From assembly GCA_040285855.1 (NCBI GenBank), contig JAUFOQ010000016.1, positions 2,604,001 through 2,668,000 on the forward strand: 64,000 bases of DNA, given 5' to 3'. Made by a program: the position numbers and the translations under genes. Below are positions 20,638 through 32,624 of this stretch, in pieces. Each line of letters begins with the position of its first letter. Positions within the stretch are counted from its first letter, which is position 1. Origin of the DNA: Eukaryota sp. GEM-RC1 (lineage: Eukaryota). The notes beneath the pieces were generated by a model. The model was given only the letters and a program-made list of their open reading frames with translations, was not told where the DNA came from and did no database searches.

Positions 20638-22116
20638 ATGATCAGTCCTGTAAGGTTGCCTTCAGCAACTCTACCACCACCCAGCACTTCCTCTCTTTCT
20701 TCACATCAACGTTCGTCATCTCAACCCTCTAAATCTCGCTTCAATTCTCCTTCCAGTCAGACTTCTGCTCCTGCTTCTGTTCTCCAAGGTACTATCTCCA
20801 AACTTAAAGAAAGTAATCGCATTCTTCTCAATGACTTGCAACGTGAACGAGAACAGTTCCGAATTTCTCATGACAGTCCTCAAACCGTAGCAGCTGTAAG
20901 GAAGAAGTACGAACAAGTTGTCTTCTCTGTCCGTTCTCAACTTGATTCAGCTAAGGCTCAAGTCACTTCTTTTCAAAAGCAAATCTCTCAACTTGAAACT
21001 GATAAACTAGATCTCCGTCGTCAACTTGACTCTTCAAGACAAGCTGAGTCAAAAAGTAGACTGCGCATTGCCAAGTTAGAACACGTGTTAAATCGTGCTC
21101 GAACCACACTTGGTACCACGATGACGTCCAATGAGCTCCTCAATCAAATCAAATTGGACCTGGAGGATGAACAGATTGGATTGTTAGCAGAGAGTAACAA
21201 GTATGCTGAACTGGCTCATTTAAGAGGATTAGAGGTGCAGAAGTTGAAAGCGGAAAACCAAGGTTTAAGAAAACAATTAGAAGCGGCTAATTCAGAAATG
21301 GCACTTCAAACTCAACAATTTTTAAGAGAAAAAGATTCCTGGAATCTTGAAGTGTCTGAACTTCGACGTCATGTCCACGGTGACTCTGTCATATCAGAAC
21401 TTAGAATCGGCAGCGAGTCTAAAAGAAAAGGTTTGTCCACCTTAATTAAGAATCTACAGGACAAGGGTAAGAATCAGTCGTCAATGTTGGAAGATTTTCT
21501 GGGGAGAGTGATGGGGGAAGATCTTGATTCCGGTCTGATGGATTATATATCAGAGCTGCTTTCTGAACAAAAGTCGTTAAAGATATCACTTGCACAGTCT
21601 AGGAAAGAGCTCACTCAGCTAAAAGGTGGGTCACTTGAATCTGGGTGTGTCAGGTCTGTGTCGCTTCACTTGGAGGAGAAGTTGGCGGAAGTGGAGGAGC
21701 AGTTAAAGGAAGTTAGTTTGGAGAGAGATCGGTTGTTGAAGAGAATGAACGGATATAGTCACGCGGTTGAGTCGATTCATGCTAGACTTTTAAATTTTCT
21801 GGGAATGGATAATAGTTTGCAGGAGTCAAATGCTCCTGCTGATCAGATTTTAAATGACCTTGATGCAAAACTGACGGTGATTCTCAGTTCTACATCAGCT
21901 CAAAACAAGCGGTCAAAAATCATTTCGTCGCTTCAATCAAATTTGATTAGACGACCGTCAACTTCTAGTAGAAACGTGACTCCTACTGAGGTTGCTAGTG
22001 CTGCAATGAATCTCCCCAGTGCAGATCTATATGATGGAGATGGGCCATTGGAGAGAAGTCAGCTTAAGAGTCTTTCATTGGCTTTTATAAAGAAAAAAGA
22101 GGGAGAGAAGAGGTGA
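20638..22116 (+). CDS. Coiled-coil protein of unknown function
   Basis: 492-aa ORF with a Ser/Pro-rich N-terminus and long heptad repeats. Confidence 0.75.
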   Translation: MISPVRLPSATLPPPSTSSLSSHQRSSSQPSKSRFNSPSSQTSAPASVLQGTISKLKESNRILLNDLQREREQFRISHDSPQTVAAVRKKYEQVVFSVRSQLDSAKAQVTSFQKQISQLETDKLDLRRQLDSSRQAESKSRLRIAKLEHVLNRARTTLGTTMTSNELLNQIKLDLEDEQIGLLAESNKYAELAHLRGLEVQKLKAENQGLRKQLEAANSEMALQTQQFLREKDSWNLEVSELRRHVHGDSVISELRIGSESKRKGLSTLIKNLQDKGKNQSSMLEDFLGRVMGEDLDSGLMDYISELLSEQKSLKISLAQSRKELTQLKGGSLESGCVRSVSLHLEEKLAEVEEQLKEVSLERDRLLKRMNGYSHAVESIHARLLNFLGMDNSLQESNAPADQILNDLDAKLTVILSSTSAQNKRSKIISSLQSNLIRRPSTSSRNVTPTEVASAAMNLPSADLYDGDGPLERSQLKSLSLAFIKKKEGEKR

Positions 22117-23072
22117 AGAATTGAATTATTTTAATTTTTTTAGGTTTTAGTTTGGTATAGTTTGCCAATCTTTTTAATTGTACTTTAGTTGCAATATTGT
22201 ATTTTTATGTTTTTCTTTCTAACATGTTTTCTGTATGTTGAGTCCGACTATGTGGTTCTATTTTTTCCGAATATATTTAAATTATTGAATTGCTGACTTT
22301 TGTTAAATAGAAAACTCCTCTTTTTTCTTGTAGTTGCCAGTGTTGTATCAATTTAATCCTGAATTCGAAATCTCATGAATAGGAATTCTTTTGAATTTTC
22401 CAATATACAATTAAATACAGCTTCTTTTTGAAGGAAGAGGCTAACAAATAAGGGCTGTGTTTCAGTTAGAGAAAGTAGAAAAGTTGGGTGTTGTGCAAAA
22501 TTGAACGACAATATATGAACTTTGAACAATTGACCAAAAGATGAAAGCTAGCCTTATGTTTGTTTTTACAGATACACACGCTGTTCTGTTACAAATTAAA
22601 TGGCCAAAAACCTAAACGAAGTCTCATGTTAACAAGCCATCCATGATTTTTTAGATTAAAATAAATCTCCCTGACACTTAAGTGATGAAAGTAGGTGCTG
22701 AGTCACTACTGATCTTGTAAAAATGAACAGAAAGCGGGACTTTTAACTGTAGCCAAGCTAATGCAGTTAGTATAGTCCAAGCTCTCAGTAAAAGATACAA
22801 ATACAAATAAATAGCTCAGATTCTTCAATATAACTCTATTGATCCCGAGATCAAACAAAGCAACGTCAAGATTTCGATTGGTCGTATGCTGATTCTTCGA
22901 TGTTTATTCTTTGACGATACTTGAACTCTTTCTGTTGAGTGTTGTTTAACAGAAAAATTGTCTTACTGGATGAATTCCTGCTTTTCTCTAAAATGAACAT
23001 TTAAGAACAAAAACCTTATTTATCAATAAACTATACACAACAAAAACAAATCTAAATGAAAAAGAAATTGAA

Positions 23073-24990
23073 TTAATCAATGTCTTCAACAGAAACGTTT
23101 CCGGGTGTTGGAGCTGCAGTTGGTGCTGGACCACCAGTACTTGGCACACCACCAGCTTGTTGGTAAGCCTTCATCATCACAGGTTGCACCTTTTCTTCAA
23201 ATTCCTTCTTCTTAGATTCATATGCATCTTTAGTAGCCTCTGAGTTGTTCTCAAGCCACTTCAGAACTTCATTAACTTCAGCTTCCACTGTGCTCTTGTC
23301 ATCGTTTGTAAACTTGTCCTTCATTTGATCATCATTGAGAGTGTTCCTGATAGAGAATGCATAGTTTTCCAATTCATTCTTAGCAGTGATAGTTGCACGA
23401 ACCTCTTCATCTTGTTCTTTAAACTTTTCAGCTTCTTGGACCATTCTGTCAATTTCTTCTTTGGATAATCGTCCCTTATCATTTTTGATTGTGATTTGGT
23501 TCTTCTTTCCAGTACCTTTTTCTTCAGCGGACACTTCCAGAATACCGTTAGCATTCAGTTCAAAAGAGACTTCAATCTTGGGAACACCTCTGGGAGCAGG
23601 AGGAATATCCTTAAGGTCAAATGTGCCCAAAAGGTTGTTGTCACGAGTTCTGGCACGTTCACCTTCAAAAACTTGTACCACAACAGAAGTTTGGTTATCA
23701 GAATATGTAGAGAACATTTCAGACTTCTTACATGGAATGGTAGTGTTCCTAGGAATCAGTGTAGTCATTTGACCACCAGCAGTTTCAACACCTAGAGATA
23801 GAGGGGTAACATCAATGAGGAGGAGATCCTTGGTCTTTTCAGAAGTGTTTCCAGTTAGGATTGAGGCTTGGACAGTAGCACCATAGGCAACAGCTTCATC
23901 AGGGTTGATTGTTTTGCAGGGTTCTTTTCCATTGAAGAAGTTTTTAATTAATTCTTGAATTTTTGGAATTCTAGTGGATCCACCAACCAGTACCACTTCA
24001 TGTACTTGATGCTTGTCGATCTTGGAGTCACGTAGAACACGTTCAACAGGGTCCAAACATCCACGGAAGAGATCCATGCAGAGTTCTTCGAAACGAGCAC
24101 GAGTAATGGTAACAAAGAAGTCAATTCCTTCATAAAGAGAGTCAATTTCAATGGTAGTTTGAGCAGAAGATGATAAAGTTCTCTTAGCACGTTCACAAGC
24201 AGTTCGAAGTCGTCTCATTGAACGAGCAGAAGATCTCAAGTCCATTCTGTGTTTCTTTTGGAACTCATCACAACACCATTTGACAAGACGATCGTCGAAG
24301 TCCTCTCCACCAAGATGAGTGTCTCCAGCAGTAGCCTTGACTTCAAAAACTCCATCTTCAATGGTAAGAAGAGAGACATCAAAAGTACCACCACCAAGAT
24401 CAAACACGAGAATATTCTGTTCCTCTTCAGCTTTGTTGTTCAAGCCATAAGCAATAGCAGCAGCAGTGGGTTCGTTGATGATTCGGAGCACCTCGAGTCC
24501 AGCAATTTGACCAGCATCCTTGGTGGCTTGACGTTGAGAGTCATTAAAGTAGGCAGGGCACGTGATAACAGCTTGAGTGACGGTTTCTCCAAGGTATTGT
24601 TCTGCGATATCTTTGATTTTTGTCAAAACCATAGCAGAAATTTCTTCAGCTTGAAATTGCTTCTTCTCACCCCTTCCAGGTGACTTCAATCATAGGCTTA
24701 TCATTAGGACCAGTGACAATCTTGAATGGCCAGTGTTTGGCGTCGGCTTGGACAATTTGATCAGTGAAACGGCGACCAATGAGGCGTTTTGCATCGAAAA
24801 CTGTGTTAGTGGGATTGCGGGCAGATTGATTCTTAGCAGCATCACCAACAAGACGTTCAGTATCAGTGAAGGCAACAACAGAAGGAGTAGTTCTGTTTCC
24901 TTGATCATTGGCAATGATTTCAACGTTGTTGTTGATAAAGGCTCCAACACAGGAGAAGGTAGTTCCTAAGTCAATTCCAATAGCAGGCAT
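23073..24990 (-). CDS. HSP70: Cytosolic Hsp70 with an apparent +1 G homopolymer frameshift near 24670-24673
   Basis: [15 protein letters not shown]...; [24 protein letters not shown]-terminal VEDID. Removing one G gives IEVTWKGEKKQF. Confidence 0.97.
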
Positions 24991-25231
24991 GAGAGCAAAG
25001 CGATGAAAAATGTGCTCATTCTGGAGTTCCAACAAAGAAGAATGATTGATGACAAATAGTGAGTTGGAAATTGCTGAGTTGTGTCCACGTGTCAACTCCC
25101 AACCACTTCAACTACTCTCTGAGACAGCACTGCCATGTTCAGATTCATATGTTCTCTGAGGGACGATCTATGTTCAATAAAACTGCTCTTAAACAACATT
25201 GAATGTATACACAACACATCACAAAACAAGA

Positions 25232-26249
25232 CTAAGTCAGATTAAATCGTTTCGCTATTCTGTACCAGCGATATCGGCATTGGATATCTGTACGTCCCTT
25301 TACACAGTCACTAATCTTCTTCCAGTTCTTTGTACCATATTGCTGAACTAGTCCAGCCAGAATCTGGTCTTCCTCTACGCTCCATGTTCCCTTCCTAATG
25401 TTGGGATTCAACACACGATGCCAACGTTGTGAACAGGAATCAGCTGAGGTGAGATTTCAAGCATATGGTCATACCAGTTCTTCCAGGCAGAAGTTTGGAG
25501 ACTTCTTTCCATCCTTTCCATCCAGCTGAACTATATGTTTCAACTGCTTTCATTAATGTACAATCTTCTTCTGCTGACCAGTGGTTAGCTTTACGCCGTG
25601 AATTCTGCGCAGATGAGCGTCGTCCTTTCTTTACTTTTGGTTGTGGAGATGGAGATTCAAATACAGGTCGATAACTTAGATCTGAGTAGTCAGTACCATC
25701 GGTTTCAGCAGATGGAGTAGGAACCAAGGAAATTGTCTCAATTGGCACAAAACCCGTATCAATAAACGGACCGGGAACATAGGAACATTGCGAATGAGGC
25801 GATGACGATTCAACAATTTGGTGGAGAATTTCAGTACAACCCCGTTTTTTCATTATTTGGGATAGCGTTGAAACAGTTCGTGGATCAAGAACAACTAGCA
25901 GCTGAGCGATCATATTTGAGGCAACTAGTGATGAGCCGTCTACAATGTTTGATAGTATTGTCATGATAGTGTGAATACTTTCCGTCGGCATGCTTCTACA
26001 TAGATTTTCCACCAGTTGCGATGGGTCTACATCGGACTCCGACATAGACGACGACAGATCTCTTCGATCATCCATCGGGGTTGACCGCTGGGACTGTGTT
26101 GGGCTGTCTAATGAAAACTGATCGTGGGAAACACTCTCAAGAAGGCCAGAGTTTGGAGTAGACAATGCAAATTCGTCGACCATGTGCAGATCGGAAGAAA
26201 ATGAGTTGGAGAAATCGTATCCAGAACTGCTTATAAGTGGGCTGAACAT
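25232..26249 (-). CDS. Two-repeat Myb transcription factor, 2 exons
   Basis: WSAEED...WKEVSKLLPGRT|ADSCSQRWHRVLNPNIRKGTWSVEED...GRTDIQCRYRW after removing intron 25444-25474. Confidence 0.9.
25444..25474 (-). other. 31-nt spliceosomal intron
   Basis: GTATGA...CTCAC-CTCAG; splicing restores the Myb repeat. Confidence 0.9.
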
Positions 26250-27299
26250 TTGAGAGTTCTGTGGAAATTACGCTGGTAATTGAAGAACTGAGATGCTTGG
26301 AGGAGATGTAGCCCAGATATTCCCCCAGGATTTCATTATGATTGATTGACATCTGACATATGGAGACATGACAACACATCATTGACCATCTCAATAGAGG
26401 AGAACATCATAGAAGGATCAGTCTGTTGCTATCTGTAGTTTTGTTTTGAGGAAAAGAGGAGGGATATTCAACAGTGACCAATATATTGCGTTATCTTTGA
26501 CAACTGTACAGTAAATGTCAGCTGAAAAGACTTAAATCAGAGGTTATCCGCTATGCTCAGTTACAGGGCTACAAAACAATGACAATGATGGCCAATTTGA
26601 GACACCTGGATTGTGGCACACCAGTACATTTTTGTCAAAATTTCGTAACGCATCCGGGTTTTATACCAAGAAAATTTAACCCTAAACTGTTAAAAGTTTT
26701 CTAATGTTTGTGAATATTAAGCCGGTTTTCTCTTTTCAAATCTAAATGCTACAAATTTTGGAGTGCTTAGTCTGACTTGTACAAATACTATGTTGTTAAT
26801 GGAATGATTTATTTTCTGATTCAGCAGAACAAGAGCAGTCACTTTAGTAATCCAAACTGATCTTGTTGTTCCTTGTTTAACCATGACACTGTTGATGGTT
26901 GCAAACAAACTTAATTCTGTTTAACATTAGTCTGATCAGTATTAACGCCATACTGAGATAAGGAAAATGAATAATGAAAAAGAAATTGCAATTTACGAGT
27001 TCATTCATCGAAGTCAGGGCTAATCTTACCGAAAAAATGTTTAAAATACATGGCATGGAAAGATCAAATTCCAACGTGACGTCAACTTCATCTTTGTGTT
27101 GTAAGATATACTTTACTTTCATCCGCAGTAACTAAACACCAAAATTGTAAATTTTTGCCACCAAACGAGAGAGACAAGTAAATTGTATCAACAATAACGC
27201 TAAATCCTACTTGTATCGTATCTAATAATCGATATGCTCAAAGTCCAAATTTGATGTTTGCAAATTTTCGCCAACATTATCTTCATAATACCTTTTAAG

Positions 27300-27600
27300 A
27301 GAAGGTATTCACGTAAAGCGTTACAGAAGTCACCATATCTTAAAAAACAGCAAACACAATTCTTTTTTGGCAAAATTTAGGATCAAAAGTCCTAGCAGTT
27401 TATTCGTATACAATCTTCACAAAGGATTCAAGTAATGATGTTGCAGATTCACCTGAAGAACCGTAAAACGAAAAAACAAACAGGTATAACAAGTAATTTG
27501 AGTGTGAAACCGAATTCAATACTTTCAATCTTGCGCAATATTTTTTCATTTTAAATTTATCATCAAAAAGAGCATCATACATGTACTATCATATTTTTGT
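27300..27600 (-). mobile_element. Degenerate RLE-type non-LTR retrotransposon C-terminal remnant
   Basis: KMKKY...FVFSFYGSSGESATSLL...FDPKFCQKRIVFAVF, homologous to the other remnants. Confidence 0.6.
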
Positions 27601-27729
27601 AATGGAAAACCCAATCTGTTTTTTTGAATTCCAGCCTTCTTACTCTTCATCTCTCAACGCAGCTCATCAAAATCACAGAAAATTTGTTCACCTGCAGTAT
27701 TAACTAATCCAAATACAATGAAAGACAAT

Positions 27730-27870
27730 TTCCCTACTATAATACTGGTAGTCTATTAGCTCTCAGTATTTCTATGAAGAAAAAGCTGATGTGAGTTTCA
27801 ATAACAATGAATGTCGATTTAATGATATTGAGTTCTAGTTTTTGTTCCTATCTCACTGTTTTTGTTCTAT
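27730..27870 (+). repeat. 3' fragment of the same retrotransposon family as 46250-46400
   Basis: agctctcagtat..ctatgaaga.a.agct.atgtgagt...gaatgt...tttaatgata.tgagttc is shared with 46280-46360. Confidence 0.7.
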
Positions 27871-27978
27871 TAATTAAAGCTTATTTGGAAAAATACTACT
27901 AGTAGCATGAGATTAAACAATAATTCTGGAAAGTAAATTGTCTTCATTTGAAGGTTAAATCAACCAACTCCTTTGGAC

Positions 27979-28437
27979 TAGAGTTGTACAAGACTCGAGT
28001 CAGACTGATCTATTGTAAGTCTGAGTCTGAGTCTGAGCTTGAGTCTCACATCATAAACATTCTTTATTATAAACAATCTGTATTTAGTAAAATACAACAT
28101 GTACTTGGACATGTAGTACGGGGGTTGTGAATTGATTTAGTAAATTCATCATCCCTGAAGTGTCGAGATTTCTGTCGACATCCGGAAGATTACATTGAGT
28201 TATGAAGGACATTGAGTTATGTAGGACAGTTACTAGTAAGTTGTTGATGAAAGAACAGTGAAACTCTAAAACAGCAGACTTGAAGCTTACGATATTTTAG
28301 AGTTTATGAAGTGATATGATTTACTATTGTTAAGATAATTTATTATAAAACATCCAAGCCCGAGTCCGAGTTGGGGGTTGTGAGCCCGAGTCTGAGTCCT
28401 ACAGTAACTGTTTTAGTCGAGTTTTTGTACACCACTA
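27979..28437. mobile_element. Non-autonomous hAT-type MITE
   Basis: Imperfect TIRs (TAGAGTTGTACAAGACTCGA / TCGAGTTTTTGTACACCACTA), subterminal GAGTC(T/C) repeats, and an 8-bp TSD ctttggac / cttcggac (7 of 8). Confidence 0.85.
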
Positions 28438-28596
28438 CTTCGGACTCAGATCAGATAGAAATGTGATATATTTAATAGTCCTTCTCCATACAATGTTCTG
28501 TATTTTGTGTGTTGTTATTTGTTTGTCCAGATGGCATCTAAAACATAATGCAAACATTATTGTTAATTAATTACTGTATATACAAGTGCATACTGA

Positions 28597-29679
28597 TTAC
28601 TTATCAAAGTGAATACATTTGATACCTTCACCAGCAAAAATTGGACGGAAACAACCAGAACAATTAACACATCTAGCCATGGTATCTCCATCTAACTTCC
28701 ACTTCTTATTAACTAAATCAGGTTCAGAAATCAAAGGGCGACCTAGAGAAACCATGTCAACCCCTGCTTCAAGACACCTAGCTGCTCCAGGTACTGATCT
28801 GATACCGCCAACTACAGCAACAACAACGTCATCACCAACAGCTTGCTTGATTTCGACAGCATCATCAAGATGATAAGCTTCTGTTTCCTCCTTGAACTTT
28901 CCTTTTCGAATTGGGAGGGTTTTAGCAGGGGAAATTCCAGTACCACCAGATACTTCAATGAAGTCACAACCAGCAGCCTTGTACAACTTCACCAACTCTA
29001 CTGAATCTTCGATAGTATTGCATTCAACTTTAAGGTTATCATGAGCAGATAGCTTGATTCCAATAGGGCAAGAAACGGCTTCCTTAACGGCTGTTAGAAC
29101 TTCAATTGGGAAACGAGCACGATTTTCAAGAGAACCTCCGTATTCGTCAGTTCTGTGGTTGAAAGCCTTACTCATGAATTGATTTAACAGATATCCATGA
29201 GCAAAGTGAAGCTGGATAAGATCAACTCCGGCAGCTTCTGCACGTTTGGCAGCAGCAACGAAATCAGCGAGGATTGACTTCATTTCTTCATGAGTAAGTT
29301 CTTCACATGCAGGGGCTTTTTCAATTTCCACGTTAGAAGGACCAACAGGGCGGACAACTGAGAAGCGGCCAGCATGGGCTAATTGAATAGCAGCCTTAGC
29401 ACCATTTTGATGAATTGCATCAACAAGAGAGCGGATACCGTCAATATGGTCATCGGAGTAGAGAGATACTTGTCCAGGACCTAGAGGACCATCGGAAGAA
29501 ACAGAAGTGGCACTGATGGTGATTAATCCTGTACCTCCTTGACCAAGGTTTTGATAGATTTCGAGGAGCTTAGGAGTAACTTTGCCAGATTCATCAGTGA
29601 GACCTTCCCAGACGGCTGATTTCATTACCCTGTTAGGAATAATAACATTCTTGATGGAGATGGGTTCAAAAAGACTCAT
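28597..29679 (-). CDS. NADH:flavin oxidoreductase (Old Yellow Enzyme family)
   Basis: MSLFEPISI...NRVMKSA; IQLAHAGR; QLHFAHGYLLNQF...NHRTDEYGGSLENRARF; GRPLISEPDL; C-terminal CVNCSGC-x11-C. Confidence 0.93.
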   Translation of the reverse strand: MSLFEPISIKNVIIPNRVMKSAVWEGLTDESGKVTPKLLEIYQNLGQGGTGLITISATSVSSDGPLGPGQVSLYSDDHIDGIRSLVDAIHQNGAKAAIQLAHAGRFSVVRPVGPSNVEIEKAPACEELTHEEMKSILADFVAAAKRAEAAGVDLIQLHFAHGYLLNQFMSKAFNHRTDEYGGSLENRARFPIEVLTAVKEAVSCPIGIKLSAHDNLKVECNTIEDSVELVKLYKAAGCDFIEVSGGTGISPAKTLPIRKGKFKEETEAYHLDDAVEIKQAVGDDVVVAVVGGIRSVPGAARCLEAGVDMVSLGRPLISEPDLVNKKWKLDGDTMARCVNCSGCFRPIFAGEGIKCIHFDK

Positions 29680-30461
29680 TGATATATTGATAAGGGAATT
29701 GAATTGAGTTAAATTACTCAACACTTCACAAGATGACACGTCAAGACACGTCTACATGCAGGTTAGTCAGTTTGAATTTCAACAAAGTGTGATTATTTTA
29801 CTACTTTAGTGAAAGCGGCTTGACGCATTCTTTGTAATAATGTCATGAGAATGTGATTGAATGAGCTAACAAGAGTACAACATTTATAAAAATACTCAAC
29901 TCATCAGAGATCAGAAATTAACAGATTTGCATCATACTCTTTCTTGAACTTCAACAGAAGCTTTTTTTTCTAATTCACATATTTATGGAACAAAATCAAC
30001 AGAATCAGAAGGACGTTCAAAGATTAGAAAACTTTTGATCAGATTCAATACAACGAAGTCCATATCTGATTGTGGTTCCGTCATTTGTTAAAATGATTGA
30101 GTGATCGCAGAAATATTGAAAATGTTCGTAATCCAAGTCTAAAGGTTGTAAAGAAGATCCATTTTTTCAAGAACGGATTACTTAAATGGACTTTGATGGA
30201 GTGACATGTATTGAACACTTGAAATAAACTGCGTTAGGTGCCACAATGCCAAAACGCCATACGTGTATGGCATTTTCTTTGATATGTCTGTGAAGGTCAT
30301 CTTCATCCCCAAAATTTTGAACCAATCATTCGATATCATTCAAAAAAAGTATATATAGTAATACATCTAAGATCTGGTGGTTTTGGCCATCTGATAGAAG
30401 ATTTAATTACGAGGCAAGATGATTACACAACAACAGACTATCAAACTGTATTCAAAAATGT

Positions 30462-32196
30462 CTACAATTCATCAAAGTCAAAAGGACCAACAATTTTCAT
30501 TTGATCAAGACCCCACACAGTCTTATCATTGCACTTAGCAACAACCTTGAACACAAGCAAGTCGTTCCTTGAAAGTCCTTCAATCTGTTCAACAGCTCTA
30601 CAAACAGTTTGTGTGTCGAATTTCAATGCAAGATCTGTCTTTTGAGCAGACGTGCTCTTCTTACAATCGTTTTCGTTCCTTGGATATCTACCAGAAGGAA
30701 GATAAGGCTTGGCACGTGTGTTTTCGTAAGACCAGCGAAGTAATGCAGAAGGATCAACGGCAATCCATCCAGAATGTTGCTCAACGAGATACTCGACAGT
30801 TGGATTGTCTTGTGGATCCACGGCAGTTACGGAAAGAGAAACAGAACCTGGAAGTGGGGTACATCCCAAACGTTGTTCAATACTCTCCAAATCTAAAATT
30901 GCAGCTGGAAGAACTCCTCTACTTCTACAATTCAATGGATTAGGACAAGAAGTGGGTCTGAGATCAAATGCAATCTGCTTGTCTATTGGGTCAACGGGAT
31001 CAACGGGATCAACTGGATCATCATCTTTAATAGGGCATTCAGGAGGGTCAACAGGGTCAGGATGAATGGCACATCTGCATTTGTAGTTGTGTGCACATTC
31101 CTTGAAGTCTCGCAGACATTGTGTGTGATGATGGTGACAGAACAACCTCAAAAACCAATCGGGGCACTTATCAGGGTTTCCTTCAACACATTGCCAGTTA
31201 ACTTCATACAAATCATGCTGCCTGACAAGACGGATGATCATTTGAGCCAAATGAGAACTGGTTTCTGGGAAAGCGAACTCAGTACAGTGTAACCAGAGTT
31301 GTCTGAGTGCGGTCAAGGTGTTTTCAGGACACACTGGAAATTCTGTTCCCAAGGGATTATCTAAAGTGAGAAGAACACAATGAAAACACACTGTCCAAAT
31401 AGAGATCTTGAAGAGCATCCATTTGACAAACCTTCCTTGTCACAGGTGTTGAAAAGTGGTTGTGAGATAGACGTAAATGCATCAAATTGCTCATTCCAAA
31501 GATTGAATGGGGGAACTCAAACAGATCATTGTTCTCAACAGCAAGAGTTTTGAGATGTCTCAGACAACCAATACCAGGATGTATAACACCTTTCAATCCG
31601 TTATTCTTCAAGTCAATGTGGCGAATGGTATGTCTGAATTCTCCTTCAGTAGAGATGCCAAACCACCAGTGGAGAGCAAATGAAGTAAACCACTTGTCTG
31701 TACGCTTCCAGTCGGTTAAGGAAGCAGCCCATTTGAAGGCACGGAGGATTTCATGTTGGGATTGATGACAAGTGGGACAGACTAATGGTTCAGGAGTTAC
31801 AAACACAGCTTCAATGGATAATTCCTTACGAGGAAGACAAACAGTGGATCTCTCGGAAATGATCTTAGAGTTCTTGTAATCGCAAACAATTCCAATTGGT
31901 ACCTTCACTACGTCTCGTTGCTTGGCTTCAAACGTCCAAAGAGTGGTTCCATCCTCTTGTATGATGAACTGTCCAGGGGCGGAATCAAGAACTCTAGCAC
32001 ATGGAGTGAAGATGATTTGATAAATGACTTTGGCGGATGAGTCACAAGAAGGACCAAAGGAGAACTCAACAACTGAGGCTGTTTCAGGCTGTGATGGCCA
32101 GTAGATTTGTGGATCAGACGGGGGTTTGATTTGCAACTGACACTCATGGGCGAGAACCAGCGCAGCCGTTAGTACCAACACTATCAAGAGTCTCAT
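30462..32196 (-). CDS. Secreted Cys-rich LRR protein with a prokaryote-like C-terminal domain, 2 exons
   Basis: Signal peptide, LRR N-cap and LRRs (IDLKNNGLKG, LAVENNDL, LRLSHNHF, LYLD|NNPL after splicing 31361-31391), DPV repeats, then DLRPTSCPNPLNCRSRGVLPAAIL. Confidence 0.8.
31361..31391 (-). other. 31-nt spliceosomal intron
   Basis: GTGTGT...CTCAC-TTTAG; splicing restores LxLxxNxL. Confidence 0.85.
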
Positions 32197-32624
32197 TAGT
32201 GATGAAAACTTAACATGTGAGGAGCATTGTTAAAGTTGAATTGTACTGTAGATATTGATTTACAGCCACCAGGTGTTCATGTTTGAGCACCTAAATGAAC
32301 TGCATGTGTCGATTTCTCGAATGTTTAAATACGAAGGCTTAGAGTGAGTATTTCAAAGTCTGATTACGATTAAAACTCACAGTCCTGAACTGTTCATTGA
32401 AACTAATTGCAAGGACTTAAAAAACAATGGATTCAGCATCAAGAACGATTATCATTTTGATTTCCTTTAGAACAATAGCGTGGAATATAACGAAGATTCA
32501 TCCAAAGATAATCGGCAAAGAAGAAGCAAAAGCTTTATGTACAAACAGAAACGATTCAACAACCAGTCTAAACTGAGTTAAACATATAATCTCAAGATAT
32601 AACAAATAGTATTAAACCAAAACA

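Noticed and set aside
24665..24680. Hsp70 split into two ORFs (programmed frameshift or pseudogene)
   Set aside because: It is a single extra G in a homopolymer of a highly conserved gene. The same pattern appears in the acyltransferase, DDHD, NhaC and RNF213-like genes, so assembly error is the simplest explanation.
25000..25200. Heat-shock elements upstream of Hsp70
   Set aside because: Only scattered GAA/TTC and one CACGTG; no convincing nGAAnnTTCn array.
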